Shown: piece after piece, positions 55,752 through 64,000 of the stretch
Position numbering within the stretch: the stretch's first letter is position 1
Layout: each line of letters opens with the position of its first letter
DNA from: Octopus vulgaris
Lineage: Eukaryota
Assembly (NCBI GenBank): GCA_951406725.2
Contig: OX597816.1
Span: forward strand, 96,534,001 to 96,598,000
Reading direction: 5' to 3'
Length of the DNA stretch: 64,000 bases
Position numbers and translations under genes: made by a program
The notes under the pieces: model-generated
What the model was told of the DNA's origin: nothing
Databases searched by the model: none
What the model saw: only the letters and a program-made list of their open reading frames with translations

Positions 55752-56414
55752 AATGCAAAGGGTTTATGTTTTGATTCTCCTATGGAAATCTCTGATTTTC
55801 AAAAAAGGCACACCGTCTCTGCTTCGACGAAAATCTTCTGGAAAATTACAGTTTTCAATGTCATAGGTTCTGAGCTGGCTGACTTCGTTAGATTTTACTA
55901 GGCAAGTTATTGTGGAAAATTTCGCTCTTGTATCTTCCTAGCTTGAACTAGAACAAAATATACGCATATTTGCAGAGTTAGCGTTTTTATTCTGATTCGA
56001 ATAACGTCTTATAAGAAATAACGGAATATTACGTCGACGATGTCATAATGCTGCATGTGACGCGAATATATTTAAATACAAACACAGACAGACACACACA
56101 CACACAGTCTCACACACACACACACACGTTTGCATATGGGTGTGCGTGTGTGCGTGCGTATGTGTGCTTGTGCATACATACACATACGTGCATATTCTAC
56201 TGATTTTGTTTTATGAATTGTTTTGCGTTTGCGTCAATGAACAGATTATATGGTCATTTTCCGTTAGTAACTCAGCAAACTTAAAGAATTCTATGTTTGG
56301 CCCCTAGTGGGGAATAAAGAAATTGAAATGATATATTTCTCTCTCTTTCCATATACATATTATATATATATATATATATCTGTGTGTATGTGTGTGTGTA
56401 TGTATATATGTATG

Positions 56415-56469
<55 letters not shown>

Positions 56470-56472
<3 letters not shown>

Positions 56473-59400
56473 GGGTAGTGGGTAGCGATTTTCTTCACTA
56501 CTTCAGGGAGTGACGACCCTGCCTGACACGAGTTCCGGGCTCAGCTGCCTCCGGCTGAGAGTACCCGGTATGGGTTACGGAAAGGAGACAACCTTCAAAG
56601 AATTCCGGAGTGGAGCCCGAAGGCGGTTTAGTGTTCGACTCGACACTGCACCCCAAGCTGGAGCCAAACGTAATGCTCTGCACTCCTTTGGACTACTTCA
56701 GCAAGGTCGAGAGAGCAATATGATATAATCCTGACGATTGGGCTACCCTGGATTTTCTTAGTTCTAGTCCAGGCCTGCGAAAAACTAAAAACGACATTTC
56801 AGTGCTGCTGAAAAAATTACAGAAAAAGCACGGGAGGTAGCAGTCACGAGTGATATGTTCATTCAGATTGGCGTAAGATATGGGCGCTAAGGGTTACCTT
56901 TGACGGTGGGAGGGACCCCCGTACCCCATAGGTTAGCTACTGCCCACCTCAAGCTGTCAATAAGTTGCTGACCAGCCACAGGCCGACTGCTTCATTGAGT
57001 GCTTGGAGCTAAGAGTTTGACTTGAAAAACGGCCTGAAACCTCTGCACCAGGCAAACAACTAAAAGACAAGAAACCACCAGTCCTGCGGTTAGCAAGCTG
57101 AAATGTCAGGACCATGTGCCCAGGCATATCTGATGACCTACTCAAGGCTGAAGACACAAGAAAGACGGCCATCATTGACCGTGAACTAAAGAGGCTGAAC
57201 ATGAACATTGCTGGACTGCAGGAGACAAGACTCCCCCCAAACGGCAAACTCAAAGAACAGGATTTCACCTTCTTTTGGCAGGGAAGCGATCCAGAAGAAC
57301 CTTGTCAGCATGGTGTTGGCTTTGCAGAGAAAAGCCCATTACTCTCCTCAATGGAACCGCCATCAGGAGGCACTGAGCGTATCCTCTCACTGCGCTTCTC
57401 GACCTCATCTGGCTCAGTATATCTACTGAGCATCTATGCTCCCACTCTCTACAGCTCAGAGGGAACCAAAGACCAGTTCTACAAAGATCTCAGCTGTGTC
57501 ATTAGAAACATACCAACCGATGAAAACATCTACCTTCTAGGAGATTTTAACGCTCGCGTGGGATCTGACCATGACTCGTGGCCCATTTGTGTTGGACAAT
57601 TTGGTATAACCAACATGAATGGCAATGGTCAGAGACTACTTGAATTTTGCACATACCATAACCTGTGCATTTTCAACACATTCTTTGCCAACAAGCCATC
57701 CCACAAGGCATCTCACCACTGGCATCAGTTGGATCTCATCATTACACGAAGATCCTTTCTAAATTCTGTTCAACTGACCCGTAGTTACCACAGCGCGGAT
57801 TGTGACACAGATCATTCACTAATAAGAAGCAGGGTGAGGATTCTGCCTAAAAAAGTCCATCACTCCAAGTAAATGGGCCGACCACGCATTAACACTACCA
57901 GAACCTTGGACCCTACACTGCGAAAATGTTTTGCTGTTTCTATGAAGGTTGCCCTCAGTAGCTGCCCAACCTCCTCTGCTAAAAGTAAGAAGAATTATAT
58001 CTTGGAAGCTTTGTATACCACATCAATAGATACATTCTGCATGAGAGAAAGGCAAAACCCAGATTGGTTCAGTGCTGGACTCTCAGAGCTGGAACCAGTT
58101 ATTGAAGCAAAGCGCGCAGCTCTGATGCAATACAAGATTGATTCTTCTACAAAGTCACTTGAAGAACTCAGAAAGGCAAGAAATAAAACCCAGCTGACTG
58201 CCAGACGCTGTGCAAATAAGTATTAGCAGGAAATCTGTCAGAGTATCCAGTCAGCTGCTGACAGTGGCGACAGCCGTGGGATGTATACCGGTTTGAAGAA
58301 AGTCCTCGGTCCATCCGCAACCAAGTCAGCCCCTCTGAAATCAACTACTGGAGATCTCATCAAGGAACAAAGCAAGCAAATAGATAGATGGGTGGAATAC
58401 TATCAGGATCTCTACTCACGGGAGAACACGGTAACTGAGGCTGTAATCGAGGGTGTCAAAATCTTGCCAGTCATGTGCGAACTTGACAGTCTGCCATCTA
58501 TAGCAGAGCTCACCAAGGCTAATGAATCCCTAGCCAATAACAAGGCTCCGGGAAAAGACCCTCAGAGATCATCCCCTCAGAAATCATCAAAGCCGGCAAA
58601 AACACCGTCCTGCTTCGGCACCTTCATGAGCTTCCGTGCCAGTGCTGGGAAGAGGGTACAGTCCCTCAGGATATGCGGGATGCTAACATCATTACGCTTT
58701 ACAAAAAGAAAAAGATGACCGTGGTGATTGTAACAATTACCGTGGAATATCTCTTCTATGCACTGTTGGAAAGACATTTGCTCGCGTTATCCTGTCCAGG
58801 CTACAACTGCTTGCTTCTCAAATTTATCCAGAATCACAGTGTGGCTTTAGAAGAAGCAGATCAACTATTGACATAATATCCTCCATACGCCATCTTCAGG
58901 AGAAGTCCAGAGGGCAGAAAATGCCATTATATATGGCCTTTGACTTGGTAAGTAGAAAAGTCCTCTTCATCCTGCTCCAAAAAATCGGATCTCCACCAAA
59001 GCTGCTGAGGATCATCAAATTTTTCCATGATGATATACAAGGCACCATTCAGCATAATGGTTCAACATCAACCGCCTTCCAAATAAAAAACAGGGTAAAG
59101 CAAGGTTGTGTCCTTGCTCCTACATTATTTGGCATCTTCTTCTCGCTGCTGCTGTCACATGCCTTTGAGACATCAGATGATGGTTGGAGTGTTTCTGCTC
59201 AGGAGAAGCGACAGGAAACTGTTCAATCTCTCGCATGTGCGTGCCAAGACCAAAATCAGAAGCATCCTGATCAAGGAGATGCTATTTGCTGATGATGCCG
59301 CTCTGGTATCACACGTAGAAGAAGCCCTGCAAAGGCTCATTAACTGTTTTAGCAAGCATGTAGCGACTTTGGCTTAGTTATCAGCCTCGAGAAGACCAGC

Positions 59401-60290
59401 ATCATGGGTCAGGCTACATCGGACATCCCAAACACATATTGGAGACCACAGACTACAGGAGGTGGAGAAGTTTCCCTATCTTGGCTCTACCCTCACCTAC
59501 AACCTATCCCTTGATGCTGAGCTCAATATACGCATTGGCAAGGCAGCTGCTGTGAAGGCCCAATTCTCCAAACGCGCATGGGACAACAATAAGCTGACCA
59601 AGACCACAAAAATGAAGACTTACCAGGTATGTGTACTTAGCACTCTACTGTATGGAAGTGAGACTTGGACGCCATACACACGCCAAGATCGTCACTTAAA
59701 TATCTTTCACCTGCGCTGCATCCGGAAAATCCTTGGTATCAAATGGCAGAATCATGTCCCCAACAAAGATGTCCTCAAGCAAGCAGGAATACCAAGCATG
59801 TTTGCATTCCTCACACAAAGACGTATGAGATGGCTTGGACAAGTTAGCCGTATGGAAGATGGCAGAATCCCCAAGGACATACTCTACGGAGAGCTTGCTA
59901 GGGGCATTAGCTCTGTAGGAAGACTATTCTTACGATACAAAGATGTTTGCAAAAGGGACATGAAGGCCTGCGACATAAATATTAACAGCTGGGAAGCAGT
60001 TGCCACCAACCGTGGAGTTTGGCGACGTACTGTAAAAGAGGGAACATAGTGGAGTGACAGAAGGAGATAGGAGAAATGGAAAGACAGGAAAAGACGTCAA
60101 CAAGAAACTATGACATTACATCCAGCCAGGCAAAGTCTTAGCTACATTTGCGGCACCTGCCAGAAGGAATGTTTGTCCAGGATAAGACTACACAGCCACA
60201 GCAGGAGATGTAATAGTACATAAAATGTAAAAGCCAGACTAGATTATTTTATGCGCAATTCCATTGTCTCCTGAGACAAAAAGGATGCCA

Positions 60291-60301
<11 letters not shown>
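56470..60301 (+). mobile_element. Near full-length RTE-clade (BovB-like) LINE, inactivated
   Basis: GC-rich 5' UTR. APE (GLQETR, IYAPT, GDFNARVG, DTDH). RT (QCGFR, VKQGCVLAPTLF, LFADD, YLGS, LLYGSETW). C-terminal CxxC..H finger and (CAA)n tail. Multiple stops and frameshifts. Confidence 0.95.
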
Positions 60302-60326
<25 letters not shown>

Positions 60327-60344
60327 CATATTCTTTCATTTTTC

Positions 60345-60863
<519 letters not shown>

Positions 60864-60930
60864 TCTATGTTTGTATATATATATATATATATGTATATAT
60901 TAATAAATTTTAGGGTAGCAAAAAATTCTA

Positions 60931-60981
<51 letters not shown>

Positions 60982-60996
60982 GTATATATATATATG

Positions 60997-61028
<32 letters not shown>

Positions 61029-61031
61029 AAT

Positions 61032-61080
<49 letters not shown>

Positions 61081-61124
61081 TGTGTATGCGTATATATGTA
61101 TGTATGTATATGGTGGTTGTCTAC

Positions 61125-61420
61125 TCCTTATGCACAGTCTGACGATCTCTTGTGCTTAAACCTTAGATTCATCATGGTGTCTGATCTAGCTTTGTAAACC
61201 AGACAATGTATCGGTAAGCAACTCACATAGATTGCATATCTGATTGGGGCACCAAGATCTGCAGTTACGTTCTGATCTTCGTGGAACTTGAAATGTCTTT
61301 TTAGGCCTCCGCTAGATTTGGAGGTGTGCACAAATATATAGGCAGAGTAGGTTGTGGAGATTCGTTTTTCATGGGTTCGCAAATGAGATTTGAGCCCAGC
61401 AAAAGAAAAACGGGATCTAT
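61125..61420 (-). pseudogene. LINE 3' end with C2H2-like fingers
   Basis: FSFAGLKSHLRTH and SKSSGGLKRHFKFH, similar to 53612-53818. Confidence 0.5.
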
Positions 61421-61465
61421 CATAGATAGACAGACATATATATATATATATATATATAGATAGAT

Positions 61466-61566
<101 letters not shown>

Positions 61567-61574
61567 AGACAGAC

Positions 61575-61688
<114 letters not shown>

Positions 61689-62349
61689 GTTTTCTCCTAA
61701 AATTTATCAAAATTTTATTTGAAAATTTTCGAAAAATCAACTTGAATCTCATTTTACCTGTCGAAGACGAAAATCGTATTCATGTTTTCGAAACAATTAA
61801 TAATAAAGAAGCCAGAAGCCTTTACAGTTACGTATTTCTAGCCAATGAATTTTAGCTAGTATCCTCTCAGTAGAAGTCGAACTCGTTATCATTTCAATGT
61901 TATTGTATCGTTGTTTATCCATACTGTTGGTCGAAGGAAATGAAGACTAAGGCTACTACTAAGATCGATGTAAGCGACTAACTCAGAAATTTCAAGCCTT
62001 ATACCTACATTAGGAAGGAGCATGGTCTTATATTTCTTTTCTTGCATACATTTGCATCTCTTTTCAGCTTGACAAACTTCATTCGGTTTTTTGAATGATA
62101 GTCAACTATTTTACACTAAATGAAAAACAAAAGAGTGTTTTTGGGAGAGAGCTGTTGTTCCCTATAACTTTGTGGAAAGGAGTTTACATCCTCTAAACCC
62201 TTTGTGTTCTTACTGTATTCTATTGTGCTGTTGTGCTCGGAATGCATTTTCACCCAAAAGAGTAAACTGATGATTTATAATATCGACAGCTCTACGTCTT
62301 CCTTTCTTCTTCGTAGTTTTTGTTGAAATCCTATAGAGGTACACAAATG

Positions 62350-62535
62350 TGGATTATATTGGCTTCTAATTTTGGCACAAGGCCAGTAATTTCGGGGGAC
62401 TTTAAATCGACTCCAGTGCTCAACTGGTACTTCTTTTATAGACTCCGAAAGGATGAAAGGCAGAGTCGACCTCATCGGAATTTGAACACAAATCCTAGTG
62501 ATGAACGAAACACCGCTAAGCATTTTGTCTGGTGT
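62350..62535 (-). mobile_element. SINE (15878 family)
   Basis: ccgaaaggatgaaaggcagagtcgacctc...ggaatttgaac homology. Confidence 0.75.
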
Positions 62536-63696
62536 GTTAATGAATGTGAATTACAAATGTAAATTATATTGGAATACACTTCATATATTTGAAACACTCT
62601 AAATTACATTCCCAAAAAATAAACAAAAACATATATGATAAGGTTAGTTTTCAATAATAAACTACAAGCGTGCCTTATCTTTTCTTCCTCTCTTCTCCTG
62701 TAGTAACCACAATGATTTCTGCTTCTCCGTCTAAACCAGCAAAACTAATGCATTCATGCCTAGAAATTATCCATGTTAAGCTCTAAATTAATCTGCTGAA
62801 GTCATAAGCTATTAAAGAACGAACATTTAAGAAAAATAAAATAGTTTAAAACGGATATGATTACTTTCTGTTATATAGGAAACTTTTCAGTTGAATTATT
62901 TAAATACCTATTTTCCATTAATGAAAGTTAGCATAGCTAGTTCTCCTACATTGACTTCTTAATGTTTCCAATCAGTTAATTCCAACAAATTGCGACGGAA
63001 GCTGTAATGAGAAATGTTAATTTGGTTTTACAGTGATTTACTGTCAAAAGGTCAATAGATGAACAATTACTGATCTTCGTGAAATATATAATTAGGCTCA
63101 TCGTTGAAATAAGTTTGCAGTAGAGTCTACATAACACTGGCATCCTACACTAACTTCTTGTTCTACTTTAAAGAGATATCAATATGTATCAGGAAATTGA
63201 TCTTTGTCCGAAAACAGAATCGATAATAATTAATCTAGGAACAAAGTTTACTGTTAACTGCTCAATTATACTGGTAAATTGTTGCGTTCGGTTGAATATC
63301 ATATCTTGGAATTTTCATTTTTGTTTAATTTATTAACTGAAATCCTTTATAACTATTGCAGCCGTGGCATAAAAAGTGGAGCAGAAATTAAACTAAGGTA
63401 ATTTAGTAGGTTTAAGCATGAGTAATGTAACAAACATTGACAGGCTTGATTTGCTGAATCGTTTGAACGTGGAAAATATACCTCGTAGTATTTGTTCAAA
63501 CTCTTTGTGTTTTATGTTCAAATACCACAGTGGTCTACTTTGTGCTTCATCTCTCAAGGGTCAATCAAATGAAGTATTAGTGAAGTACTGAAATCAATGT
63601 AATTCCCTGTGTGCCTAAATTAGAAATAACTATTTCCGTAAGCTCGAGGGAGAAAAATTCTGAACGTATTTTGGTCATCTTATTACCACAGCACAA

Positions 63697-63875
63697 AAGC
63701 GGTGAGCTGGCAAAATCGTCAGAACGTCGAAAATGTAGCTTTGTGATGTATATCCCAGCTCTTTTCATTATGATCTGAATTCCTGCTGATATCAACTTTG
63801 CTTACCATGCTTTCGGGGTCGATGAAATAAAGCGCCAGTCTAAAATTTGGGTTTGGTGATATCAACTTACCCGCT
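63697..63875 (+). mobile_element. SINE (15878 family), diverged
   Basis: gcggtgagctggcaaaa head and ctttcggggtcgatgaaataa core. Confidence 0.7.
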
Positions 63876-64000
63876 TAGAGTCTATATAACACTGGCATCC
63901 TACACTAACTTCTTGTTCTACTTTAAAGTAATATTAATATGTATGAGGAAATTGATCTTCGTCTTGTGTTCAAATCAAAACCCTCATTACTACATCAATG

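Noticed and set aside
55567-55866. 99-aa plus-strand ORF, or a piggyBac Cys-rich domain reading of the minus strand
   Set aside because: The plus ORF is the antisense shadow of exon 1. The minus-strand Cys motif is better explained by the phase-matched splice to 27454.

Overview
AT-rich, microsatellite-saturated animal DNA. The SINE, LINE and microsatellite repertoire suggests an octopus or other cephalopod (inference). Almost all ORFs in the track are microsatellite artefacts or decayed transposons: mariner/Tc1, hAT, a pogo-type MITE, Helitrons, RTE, CR1, Tx1 and R4/Dong LINEs, and tRNA-derived SINEs. Two things stand out. (1) A two-exon gene on the minus strand that the ORF track does not assemble: exon 1 55751-55615, exon 2 27454-27280, a 28.2-kb phase-matched GT-AG intron, and AATAAA after the stop. 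It encodes a 103-aa Cys/Arg/Lys-rich protein with a CxxC...CxxC DUF5679-like zinc ribbon and a poly-Arg tail, a candidate cysteine-rich protamine or nucleoprotein of possible mobile or viral origin. (2) A dense set of type I hammerhead ribozymes in non-coding Penelope/retrozyme-like units. These include a young 546-bp tandem-plus-inverted array with five ribozymes whose inversion junction sits next to the predicted cleavage site, and several core variants (G3-C8 swap, A.C or U.U at the base of stem II). All calls were read by eye and none has been confirmed by database search.
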